This document shows positions 13,895 to 25,812 of a stretch of 64,000 nt of DNA, one piece after another; within the stretch, counting starts at the first letter, position 1; every line of letters begins with the position of its first letter. Under the pieces are notes generated by a model. The model worked only from the letters and a program-made list of their open reading frames with translations. It was not told the DNA's origin and did not search any database. Made by a program: the position numbers and the translations under genes. The stretch comes from Bugula neritina (taxonomy: Eukaryota > Animalia > Bryozoa), in contig OZ037767.1 in assembly GCA_964035545.1 (NCBI GenBank), positions 17,419,781 to 17,483,780 of the forward strand. The letters are read 5' to 3'.

Positions 13895-16029
13895 ATGGAA
13901 GATTTTAGAGACTTCTTTGCTGGGTGTCTGGGAGGTGAGTTTATATAATACTTCATAATATATTGCAGTACAATATATTATACATAATGTATTATGATAT
14001 ATTGCACTGTGCTATAATAATATACCGTAATATATTTTATGCTGCAATAAACATTATATGAAAATATACTGCAATATATAATATTATAATACATAATATA
14101 ATTATATAATCTACTGTAATATATCGTATAATGTACTATAATATAGCATATAATGTACTGTAATATAGCATATAATGTACTGTAATATAGCATGTAATAT
14201 ACTGTAATATAGCATATAATGTACTGTAATATAGCATATAATGTACTGTAATATATCATATAATGTACTGTAATATAGCATATAATGTACTGTAATATAG
14301 CATATAATGTACTGTAATATATGAAGCTATACTTTGTCCTGACAGGTTGTGCAGGTGTGATGGTTGGACATCCCTTTGACACTGTGAAGGTATGCAACAG
14401 TTGACTACTTTAAGCTTATACAGCGTAATGAATTGAGAGTTCTCTCTCTATGTTAGAGTTATCCCCCTTCTATATTAGAGTTCTCTATCTGTGTTAGAGT
14501 TATCCCCTTCCTATGTTAGAGTTATCCCCCTCCTATATTAGAGTTATCCCCCTCCTATATGAAAGTTATCCCCCTCCTGTATTAGAGTTATTCCCCTCCT
14601 ATATTAGAGTTATCCCCCTCCTGTATTAGAGTTATTCCCCTCCTATATTAGAGTTATTCCCCTCCTATATTAGAGTTATCCCCCTCCTATATTAGATTTA
14701 TATTCCTTATATTAAAGTTATCTCCCTCCTGTAATATACAGGTGCGTCTGCAGCTACAGACATGCAGGGTGAGTCATGGCAATGGAATGCTGGGTTGTTT
14801 CACCTCCATTGTGCAGAAGGAAGGAATGCGAGGGCTGTACAAGGGAGTTAGCTCCCCTCTGCTCTCTCTCGCCTTTATCAATGCCATAGTGTTCGGAGTG
14901 GAGGGCGGAGTTTTACGCAGGATGGAGAACCCTCATGACCTTGGCTCCGTGTTTGTAGCTGGCTCCATTGCAGGTTGGTAGGTGGAGTAGGGAGCCTCAC
15001 TCTGAGAGTGAGGAAAGCGATTCCCATCAAACAGCTTTAAGTATAGATTACATGCAATAATAAATTGTGTTTCTTGTATAACGAAAGATAAGAGCATTAT
15101 CTGCTATTTCAGTATAGCAAGGTCACTCTTGCTCTCAAGTCTCAACTCTTTGCTATGTATTAACTTTACTAATATGTGTTCAAACATCAATTCTGCATTT
15201 GTGTTTCAAAGTTGTCTTCTCTCCATCATACCTTGTGCTTCACAATCGTAAATATATTACAAAAGGGCCTGTGTTATTTACCTGAGTGTAGTAATATATA
15301 CCTGCGTGTAGGTCTAGTACAGAGTGTAGTAATACATACCTGCGTGTAGGTCTAGTACAGAGTGTAGTAATATATACCTGCGTGTAGGTCTAGTACAGAG
15401 TGTAGTAATACATACCTGTGTGTAGGTCTAGTACAGAGTGTAGTAATACATACCTGTGTGTAGGTCTAGTACAGAGTGTGATTGCCTGTCCCATGGAGCT
15501 GGTGAAGACTCAGATGCAGATGCAAGGAGTTGGTGAGACGTCGTACAGGAAGAGGAAGTACTCGAGTAGTTACGACACTCTGAAACAGCTGTACAGAGCG
15601 AAAGGGGCGAGGGCCATGTATCGGGGTATGAGCATCACCGCTGCCAGAGAGTTGCCGTCTTTCGGCGTCTACTTTGTGACGTACGAGTACCTGTGTAGAC
15701 AGTTCAGGAGGGAGGGAGAGGGGTTCTGTCCCACGTGGGCGCTGCTGACTGCCGGGGGGTTGGCAGGGTGCGCGTCATGGCTGAACTGCTACCCTCTAGA
15801 CGTGGTGAAGTCGAGGTACCAGGCAGACGGCCAGTGGCGGAAGGGCCAGCTGGTCTACAGTTACTCAGGATATAGAGACTGTCTCAGGCGGCTGATTGCG
15901 GAGAATGGGTATGCCGGACTGTTCAGAGGCTTCTTTACAACGCTGGTACGGGCCTTCCCGACTAACGGAGCCACGTTCGCCGTTGTGTCTCTCAGTCTAC
16001 GCTATTTCCGACCAGTCACTGCTAGGTGA
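13895..16029 (+). CDS. SLC25A29: Mitochondrial basic amino acid carrier, SLC25A29-like; exons 13895-13934, 14346-14389, 14742-14973, 15464-16029
   Basis: Three PxD/ExxKxR/Q carrier signatures (PFDTVKVR, PMELVKTQ, PLDVVKSR). FAGCLGG, AFINAIVFG, RELPSFGVYF and RAFPTNGATF closely match SLC25A29. Confidence 0.9.
14112..14322. repeat. 22-bp minisatellite near the acceptor of SLC25A29 intron 1
   Basis: Unit gtactgtaatatagcatataat. Confidence 0.9.
14435..14735. repeat. 22-bp minisatellite filling most of SLC25A29 intron 2
   Basis: Unit tattagagttatccccctccta, running up to the acceptor at 14741. Confidence 0.9.
15278..15479. repeat. 38-bp array of five acceptor + exon-start copies (SLC25A29 intron 3 / exon 4)
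   Basis: Unit cctgygtgtag|gtctagtacagagtgtagtaatayata. The AG ends at 15311, 15349, 15387, 15425 and 15463. Confidence 0.95.
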
Positions 16030-16808
16030 GTCATTATCATCTCAAACTGTGTAGAGTGGAACTAGTTCTTAGCAGTTAGTCACTGTTAGTTGTATCATCT
16101 CCCAGTCAACTATGGGAACTCAAGTCTGTGTGGATCAATTCATTTCACTGTATTATTTTGTAGCTGATGGCTTTTCCACTACTCAGCAATGTTCTAGTCT
16201 ATTCAAGATTAGCTTCTCTCAATTCCCTTATCAATGCCTAAAGATTCTCTCAACTTCAACCCTTAACAAGATCTCTACTTTGAAATATCTCTCTCTATAT
16301 ATTATGTTATATAATTATACATGTATTTGTTACAAGGTGCCAAACATGAATTAACTGCATTATTCCTGCCACAATGATACTTTTTAAATTTATTTATCTA
16401 TTTAGAACAACTTTCATCAAATTATTTATTTATAATATAATATTTTATTGCAGTGTACTGCTCATGCTGTTATGTTTTTGTTTGCTTGTTTCTATATGAA
16501 CTGCTTTTAGTTATAGACTACAATTATGCAATCCATCCTAGTCATGATATCCCTTGTAAAAATCAAAAGCCTTAAATAAATTTTATGCAAGATATTACAA
16601 TCATGTGTTGTGTTTGTAGTATCAAGTATAGAATATATAATAGAACACTGAATACATCTATGTTATTGAGTACAATGTATTGTGTTTTATATAAACAACT
16701 CTTCCAATAATAATAATTTCATAATAGCATTTATGTACAAAATCTCCTTAATTTCTCCATCACAGCCGGACCATCTCCCTGTCCAATCACATGAGACTGC
16801 CAGCGAGT

Positions 16809-19800
16809 CTAACCATCGTCCTCCTCTTCTTCTTCGCCTTCCTCCTCGATCTCTTCGGCCAGCTCGGCAGCCTCCATCTGAGCAGCTCTCAGAGCAGCTT
16901 CCTCTTCCGGTGTCGGGTCTTCTATCTCTGTGATCTCGGGGCCGCTGGGGAACTCCTCCATGATTGGTGGAACTGGAGTCGGGTTGTAGTTCTCAGCTGA
17001 GTACTTGTGTCCCCACCCGATGTACATGTTCTCAAACTTCCTGTAACGACGAGTAACAAGTGTTATTAATCAGCAAGAGAGCACAACTACTAAAATAGCC
17101 TCAGGATTACGCTCATGAGAAGTTATACATAAAACATCTACTCTGAGTCGGTAAACAAATCGGAATTGAATAAAGTTGCGAGAGCTATTCGTCACTTACT
17201 TTTCGAAACAGAAAGCAAAAGCGCCTGGCCACAGGTTGCTCTTGAGAACTGCGATGGCGTACTGAGGGATGATGTTAGTTGAGGGTTTGGGTGTCCACGG
17301 AGGCATGCTGTCAATCTCGGCATCCTCGCTGAGAGGAGTGAGTAGCGGGGGACCGACTTCTGGTTCGGGCTCATCTACTTCCTCTTTCTCTTCTTCCTCG
17401 TCTTCCTCCTCGAAATCATCTTCATTCTTCTGTACCGGATTCCACCAAGTACATCGGCCCTGTAACCATAGCATATGACATGAAACTACAGCTACCTGTG
17501 TGCTGTAACAATACAGTGCGGCCATGTTGCTAAACAGAGTATGATGGAGTACAGCTATACCTGGGGTAAGATATGTTGAACGTGGTGAACCCAATTCTGC
17601 AGTGATGAGTCACAGAGATCTCTAACTGGGATTCCCTCATAGTCGAGGTTCTCTACGAAGTTGTCTCTCTGTGCCTCTTCTTCGTCATCTTCCTCCTCGG
17701 CGTCAAATTGATAGTAGTCGTGAGGGGAGACATGCGTACCCGCACTGCAATGTGCAAACTTAGGATAGCAGGCTAAGAATTAAACTTGCATTACATACTT
17801 GCTACAGTCAGTAACTGTTGTATTGGTTTACTGAAACTTGTTCAAAATCTGCAAGTTTAAGATATACCTGATTCGGGCTATTTGTGCTCTGAGGTAATTT
17901 GATTCATTTCCCGGGAAGGGAGGATAACTGACTACAGGAGCGTCTAATCTGCCAGTGAAAAATTTCTTTATTTTTCTGGCAACTGTGATTTGCTGAGGAG
18001 TTACGTTGGGAAGCTTTTTCCAGGGTTTGCCCGCTGTAAACACAACACAAAAATATATACAATGAATTTTATAATAAAACATTCTAGTCTAACACAGCTC
18101 TTGAAAACATAAACTATTATCATATATTATTAAAACTTCGATTCTTCTAAAATATATTAAGAAAATATTAATTTCCAGAAACAAAAGTTTTTGTTTAATA
18201 AATTAAAAATATAGTTTGAATGACATTGAATTTATATTTTCCAACAAGTTTGTTCACATAATAAATTTATAGAAGACCAACTGATTGCTCTAAGCCTGAA
18301 GCTCATTCATGTGTTATCTCATTTAAATGATCACTTACGCTCGTTGCATACGAAGTATGTCTTCTTATTGACACCAGTTCTGGCCTCTTCTTTTGGGGTG
18401 ACTGGCGGAGGTTTCCACGCCGGTTTTGGTGTGTCGTCTTCTTCCTGTTCCTCATCTTCGTCTCCTTCCTCCTTCTCCGTCGCGTCTTCTTCGGCCTCTG
18501 GTTCAGCCTGTAGCATTACGTAATATGTATACTCTTTGGTGTGTATATATAATATGTACTAAGTGATATGTATACTCTCTGGTGTATATATAATATATAC
18601 TAAGTAATATGTATACTCTTTGGTGTATATATATATATAACATACTAAGTAATATGTATACTCTTTGGTGTATATATATAATATATACTAAGTAATATAT
18701 ATGCTCTTTGGTATTACAATACAACAACATATTATGTGCAGTTCTGTATGACAATGTATCTCCCTGGTGATAACAGAGTTTGGGGCATGCAGTGGAATAA
18801 CTCATAGTCATACATGATATAGGAGAGGGTATTAAATGAATGAAGGATAAAGTATAACTTTACCTCTAGATGTAGTAAGAGAATTAGCTGTAAGCATAGA
18901 GGAACTTACTTGATACAATATTTACAGCCATATGTTGTGAGTTTCTACTTATAATATCGTGGATGTAGGGGTGGGGTTTAAACCCCCTTCCTTAGCATTT
19001 ACTACTCCGCTAGGCAATACTTTCTACACCTTATTAGTTTAAGTGACTTTACTTCTCTATATATGTCTCTCTAGACTGATTCACTTGACAACCTATTTGC
19101 TACAGTTAAAGTATTTTCTACTTGCTTTAGGTTGTTTAAAACGTGGGAATCATGCATTAGTGTGACTATAAGTAATTAGCCCAACTGTTTTCAAATTTAG
19201 TTAGACGGATGTGTTTATTTACTACGGAGTTTATTTCGTTTCTATGAGAAGTTGTCTCACCTCTTCCTCTTCCTCTTCCTCTTCCTCCTCCCCTTCCCGG
19301 TACTCTACCTCCGCCACGTAGTAGTTCTGCTCTGTGCCCAGCACTTTACCCCATAGTCTAAAATGTAATTCATATAACAGGGTTTTTTCTTAGCTTTTAT
19401 CGACCAAAACATAGTAAAGCAAAGGGTGTATTATATAATTTATAAAATTACTGTTACATGGATGGTAATAGTACCTGACATGTTGGAGCAAGTGGTTATC
19501 TACTAGACTCTTCAGTCCCAGCCACATTCTGTAGCATTCCTCTCTGTTCATTCCAATACCTGCTTGTTCAAAATAGAAGGCGAGTTCCATAAGGTTGGGA
19601 AGGGGCGTGTCAACATCCTCTTCTGTAGCCTCAGCTTCTTCTTCTCCATCTCCCTTCTACAAACAACGTTGATCTATGAATCATTCAACTGATAAAGAGC
19701 TGTAATACCCTCATGACAAATAATACGCCCCAAATACAACTCTAACACCATACTTACAAATATAACACCCCAACTACAATTGTAATGCTATTAGATGTAA

Positions 19801-20455
19801 CTGCTGCATCATAAAATGCGAACAATATGATCTATATCAATGAGATTTACCTTGAATAATTTTTCTTGGATTTGGCAGAGTGCTACTTCGGTTGATCTGT
19901 CTATTTTGTCTTGAACTGTGTCAACATCGGATTTGAACTGAGAGCGTTTAGTCTCTTTGCTAATGTCTTCGAATATATCTATTACATCATTTGGTCGCTC
20001 ATCTAACACTTTAGTTAACACTTTACTCAAATGGTCATATCTGTAAAAATATAAAATGACTGATGAAATATTTATGTATTTAGTATTTAAGTTGTGAATT
20101 ATTCTTATAACAGAATTTCATTACTTGAACTGATCAAGCATAGTTTGAGTTTCTGACCAGTCAAGTTAGTAGAGCAAAATTACAGATACTTTTAGCAAAA
20201 CAATAATGGCTAACATGGTTATTGGCTTAAATAGTTCTGTGTTTTTTTTAATAATAATTGTAATTCAACATTAAACAAAATTTAAATATTGCATTTACTT
20301 TTAGACTTTAGTGATTCAAGTTTGGATATAAATTTTAAATTTTATGTCAGCACTTACAAGTTTCCTCCAGTTTTAGCACTTCTTGTTAGAAGATATGATT
20401 TGGCATTCATAAATTCAATTTCTTTAGACAGAGGCTCGGCAGGATTGTCTGCCAT
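16809..20455 (-). CDS. RSPH4A: Radial spoke head protein 4/6 homologue; exons 20455-20358, 20040-19851, 19656-19475, 19357-19261, 18507-18339, 18033-17868, 17744-17561, 17459-17200, 17040-16809
   Basis: [94 protein letters not shown] and YIGWGHKY are RSPH4A/RSPH6A family motifs. All joins are in frame. Confidence 0.93.
18520..18715. repeat. About 41-45-bp minisatellite beside an RSPH4A acceptor
   Basis: Unit taatatgtatactctttggtgtatatataatatatactaag, starting about 12 nt from the acceptor at 18508. Confidence 0.85.
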
Positions 20456-20550
20456 AATGAATGCGTTAGTTAAATATTTTTGCCAACAGCTTGAACGCCG
20501 ACTTTGTAAATAACTAAACTCTCAGCGTTCAGCTTCCTTTTGTTTATAGA

Positions 20551-20572
20551 CTTTCCATAGCAACATAGCAAC
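20551..20572 (-). promoter_or_regulatory. RFX X-box upstream of RSPH4A
   Basis: CTTTCCATAGCAAC (reverse GTTGCTATGGAAAG) plus a second half-site ATAGCAAC, about 95 bp upstream of the ATG of a motile-cilia gene. Confidence 0.7.
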
Positions 20573-21820
20573 GCCTCGCTTTCAAGCATGTTTTTTACCG
20601 CTGTTTGTTATTCGTTATTCCGTCGTTTTTCTATCATGTACGCAAAGTAAAGATTTTTAAGCTTAGCGATCCAATCGTTTCGTTTAATTACGTAGTTCCG
20701 CTTTTGACTTTTAATTTCCGTGCAGTATCGAACTTAAATAGTTAGTACCTATAGCATTTAGTCTGAACTTTACAGTTTGCTTAAAGTTAATGTTGACTCG
20801 AATGCTGTCGTTTAATTATTACCTTCAGTTGATTTATAAGGTTTTAAACTCTGTTATTAGAGACTTGATGCACGTTCATATTTTTGTTGCGAATGATAAT
20901 CTATTTTAATTTAAACATTAATTGAGTTCAACATTAAATTTATTTTTAAGGATTATTGTTATGATTATCAATGTGACCATGAATATGAAATTAAATATTT
21001 AAATTGTAATAATTTAAAATTTACCAAATCTCTATACTCATAGTCATATTGATGTTAAATTTCATACTCATAGGGAATGAGTAAATCAAATACAAATGTT
21101 TAATTTTGATAATATTAATATTATTATTTATTATAAAATCAAATTCATTATTGAAACCATTGGTATTACCAAATTCAATAGTTATAGTAATATTAACAGT
21201 AACTCTTAGTTGGCGTGATGATCATAATTTGAATCATTGTCATGACGACATTATTAATAACATTTGTAGTGGTAAAACTAAAAGTACATTGTATATGTTA
21301 ATTATTGATATAAAAATAAAATATGATTTTAGAATACCTTGATTTTTACAGATGATTTTTTTGAAACACATATAGACATTTAATACTATAGTTATTGTTG
21401 TTATGGCTTATACTTTCAGTTGGTCAGTTATTGTTAGTAGATTACTTATAGTGATTTGTCATTGTCATTGTGATTTTTATTGTTAGTGTTAGATGTTTAC
21501 ATTCGAGCTACCAATAGATGCTAACTGAGTTGTTCAGTGTTATGGATAGAGAATAATATCGATTAAAATTATTAGAATATATTTGCCAATATGATATTTA
21601 TGGTGTGAATGAATCAATATAAAAAAAATTTCTGCAAAATTAAATACTAATGAGATACTTTCGAGAAAAATGAACTATATTGAGAAATATTAAAATATGT
21701 GTACGCTTGTGCATGCGTGTGTGTATTTGCGTGCAGGTCTGTATGAAGGATAGCTTGCTGGTAACCTTGGTAATATGCTTTGTTGTTAAAATATTCATGT
21801 TGTTTAGTGAAAGTTCTAAC

Positions 21821-24800
21821 ATGCTGCGATTGGTTTGCGGGCCCAAAGGCCCCTCCACCCACTCATGCAATATGATGAAGCAGTTCAACAGGGCTATCTA
21901 CATATCCCAAGAACCATTTCATCCGATTCCTGGAAAGAAACCCGAATGGACAACTGCAGATAAGGCCGTCTCTCTGATTCGCTCGAGTAAGTTGCTGTCA
22001 GCTTCAGACGTTTGTCATTTTCTTCTATTTTCATGTACCACCATTAGGAATTCTCTAAAATTTTATATATCAATAAATACATATTCAGTATGTGCTATGT
22101 ATAATTAATAATATTACATATATTTAGTATGTAATGTATTATGTAATATATAATATATTGATGTTTACAGACCATAAAGTGTTTGTCCACGGGACGTCCG
22201 GCACTCCATTTGCTCTGCTCAAAGCTCTGGTTGATCACAGCAAGCAGGCTGGTCTCTCCAACGTTGAGTTGTACCACATCCATGTAGAGGGGCCCGCGGA
22301 GTGGACCCAGCCTGAGTTTGAAGGTGATATATGCAGCACTCTTTAGGGGTTATATGCAGCACTATAAGGTGTTATATGCAGCACTATTTAGGGGTTATAT
22401 GCAGCACTATAAGGTGTTATATATAGCACTATAAGATGTTATATACAGCACTATAAGGTGTTATATACAGTACTATAAGGTGTTATATACAGCACTATAA
22501 GGTGTTATATACAGCACTATAAGGTGTTATATACAGCACTATAAGGTGTTATATACAGTACTATAAGGTGCTATATACAGCACTATAAGGTGTTATATAC
22601 AGTACTATAAGGTGTTATATGCAGCACTATAAGGTGTTATATACAGCACTATAAGGTGTTATATACAGCACTATAAGGTGTTATATACAGTACTATAAGG
22701 TGCTATATACAGCACTATAAGGTGTTATATACAGTACTATAAGGTGTTATCTGCAGCTCTTCCTATGAATTCAGGTATAATCAGAAGCAACAACATGTTT
22801 ATTGGTGCCAACTGCCGACAAGCTGTGAATGAGGGACGCGGAGACTACCTCCCCATCTTTCTCTCTGATATCCCACTGCTATTTAGGAGGAATATTGTCC
22901 AATTAGATGCGGCGTTAGTGCAAGTCACGCCCCCTAACAAGCATGGGTTCTGTTCATTGGGCGGAGCTGTGGATTGTGTTAGATCAGCTTTGCAGAACGC
23001 TAAATATATCATTGGTCAGTAAACTACAGTATAAATATATGATTAGTTAGTATATAATTACAGTATAAATATATGATTAGTTAGTATATTACAGTATAAA
23101 TATATGATTAGTTAGTATATTACAGTATAAATATATGATTAGTCAGTATATTACAGTATAAATATATCATTAGTTAGTATATTACAGTATAAATATATGA
23201 TTAGTTAGTATATTACAGTATAAATATATGATTAGTCAGTATATTACAGTATAAATATATGATTAGTGTACCTGTAACAGGTCTGGTAAACCCGAACGTG
23301 CCGCGCACCTACGGAGACGGCATCATCCACCAGAGTCACTTTGATGCCATGGTGGAGACAAATGACCCGCTGCCGCAGAGACCTCCCAGTAAACCCACAG
23401 ACGTAGAGAAAGCTATCGGAGAGATAATTGCTGCCAATCTGGTGGAGGATGGAGCCACCATTCAGATGGGTGAGTCACGTCTTATGGTTATGTAATATAA
23501 TATGATACAATATAATATATAGTGATATAATATAATATAATAACATATCTAGATACTAGCTAGTACACAGTACACACCTCTGTATATCCCTCAGGTATTG
23601 GAAACATACCAGATCAGGTTCTCTCTAGCCTCTGGGGTCACCGAGACATCGGCGTCCACTCCGAGATGTTCTCAGACGGCCTGGTAGATCTCGTTGAGAG
23701 GGGAGTCATCACTAATTCCCAGAAAAAGGTGATGCAGGGAAAGATAGTCGGGGGGTTCTGTCTCGGCTCTCAGAGACTCTACGACTTTATAGATGATAAT
23801 CCCTCTCTAGGTTAGTCTGTTGCTATTATTTCTCTGTATTCTCTCTATATGTCCTCTATATTTCTTCTGTATTCTCTCTATATGTCCTCTATATTTCTCC
23901 TGTATTCTCTCTATATGTCCTCTATATCCCTTCTATATTACTTCTATGTTCTTTCAATCTTCCTTCCATAGCCCTTCTATCTTCCTTCTATGTTTCTTCA
24001 ATTATGTAACTATAAGTGTGACTAGGCGCGGGATTACATTCAGCCTGATTTTCAAGCTGTTCTATAATTTCTCTAAAATCCTAAATATACTGACTCTGTT
24101 TTCAGCCTTCCTGGACATTGCATACGTGAACAACCCGGCTACTATATGCAGGAACCCGAAGGTCACGGCCATAAACTCCTGTCTAGAAGTTGACATCACT
24201 GGGCAGGTGGTTGCAGACTCTCTCGGACACAAGTTCTTCTCTGGTGAGTCATATGTTGATACTTGTTTAACATCAACTGTCACATGACTCACCACCTGCT
24301 ACTAGTTGTCAACTGTCACATGACTCACCACCTGCTACTAGTTGTCAACTGTCACATTACTCACCACCTGCTACTAGTTGTCAACTGTCACATTACTCAC
24401 CACCTGCTACTAGATGTCAACTGTCACATGACTCACCACCTGCTACTAGTTGTTAACTGCCACATTACTCACCACCTGCTACTAGTTGTCAACTGTCACA
24501 TTACTCACCACCTGCTACTAGATGTCAACTGTCACATTACTCACCACCTGCTACTAGATGTCAACTGTCACATTACTCACCATGTATCACTCATGTAGTA
24601 TTTGATCTCTGTTCTCTAACAATGTCTTTCATACTGCTAGGTGTTGGAGGTCAAATTGATTTCCTGCGTGGAGCGGCTCTCAGTTCTGATGGTCGAGGGA
24701 AACCAATCTTAGCCATGCCCAGCGTTACCAAGAAGGGGGAGTCTAAGATCGTCCCTTTCATCAAAGAAGGTGAAGTATCACTATAAGGCTAGCCGTGTTG

Positions 24801-25076
24801 TCACATTATTAATCTACTTATTACTGAATAAATGAATATAATAGTCCTTAATCTACTGCTGCCGCTGACTCTCATATTTTAACTGCCTCAGGTTCCGGAG
24901 TTGTCACCACGCGAGCTCACCTTCATTATCTGGTCACTGAGTACGGCATCGCTAATCTGTTCGGCAAGAACGTACGACAGCGGGCCTACGAGTTGATAAA
25001 GATTTCTCACCCTGACCACAGAGAGGCGTTGGAGAGAGCGACGTATGACAGACTGAACTGTATGCCTTCACCTTAG
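21821..25076 (+). CDS. Acetyl-CoA hydrolase/transferase family protein (4-hydroxybutyrate CoA-transferase-like / acetate:succinate CoA-transferase), 471 aa; exons 21821-21986, 22171-22323, 22775-23014, 23281-23469, 23595-23810, 24106-24243, 24641-24769, 24892-25076
   Basis: Motifs VFVHG..GTP, FIGANCRQAVNEGRGDYLPIFLSDIP, DGATIQMGIGNIPD, IGVHSEMFSDG, SGVGGQIDF and VTEYGIANLFGK. All exons join in frame (1416 nt). Confidence 0.93.
22321..22756. repeat. 22-bp donor-like array filling CoA-transferase intron 2
   Basis: Unit ataag|gtgttatatacagcact mirrors the real donor GAAG|gtgatatatgcagcact. Confidence 0.92.
23003..23268. repeat. 31-bp array filling CoA-transferase intron 3, derived from exon end + donor
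   Basis: Unit taaatatatgattagtyagtatattacagta, compared with the junction TAAATATATCATTG|gtcagtaaactacagta. Confidence 0.88.
23826..23930. repeat. 33-bp minisatellite just after the donor of CoA-transferase intron 5
   Basis: Unit ctgtattctctctatatgtcctctatatttctt, about 3 copies. Confidence 0.85.
24274..24582. repeat. 36-bp array in CoA-transferase intron 6 carrying the reverse complement of the donor
   Basis: Unit aactgtcacatgactcaccacctgctactagttgtc. The segment atgactcacca is the reverse complement of TG|gtgagtcat (24242-24252). Confidence 0.92.
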
Positions 25077-25188
25077 ACATGGATTGCAACTTTAGACATC
25101 AGTGTATAACTCGTAACTTTAGACTTCAGTGTATAACTCGTAACTTTAAAGATCAGTGCATGACTCGTAACTCTAGACATCAGTGCAT
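25073..25188. repeat. 27-bp repeat beginning at the CoA-transferase stop codon
   Basis: ttagacat at the stop recurs in the unit actttagacatcagtgtataactcgta. Confidence 0.75.
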
Positions 25189-25548
25189 TATGTCTACTAG
25201 ACTACTGTGTATTGGCCAGATGTCTGTTACTTCTGATATATTTCCTGCTGTCGTTATCTATGCTGCCGGTATCTATGCTGCCGTTATCTATGCTGCCGGT
25301 ATCTATGCTGCTCTCTAGTCAACTACTAATTGCGAGTTTCCTGCTGACCTATATTAGCATAGAAATGTTTAAATACTTATGTTATGTTATATATTTTTAT
25401 TATGATATTCTATTATGTTTTTGTATTTATTGCATTGCAATCACCGGTTATACTGTTTTAGTCAAATCTTTTTACTGCAAATTGTTTTGCAAACTAATTG
25501 CCTCTTCAATATAACGATACTGTGCAACATAACCAGAATATTTCATAG

Positions 25549-25812
25549 TACACAGTCTATACTCTGCTCCTGGTACACAGTCTATACTCTACTCCTGGTA
25601 CACAGTCTATACTCTGCTCCTGATACACAGTCTATGCTCTGCTCCTGGTACACAGTCTATACTCTGCTCCTGGTACACAGTCTATGCTCTGCTCCTGGTA
25701 CACAGTCTATACTCTGCTCCTGGTACACAGTCTATGCTCTGCTCCTGGTACACAGTCTATGCTCTGCTCCTGGTACACAGTCTATGCTCTGCTCCTGGTA
25801 CACAGTCTACTG
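25549..25812. repeat. 25-bp minisatellite downstream of the CoA-transferase CDS
   Basis: Unit tacacagtctatrctctgctcctgg, about 10 copies. Confidence 0.92.
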
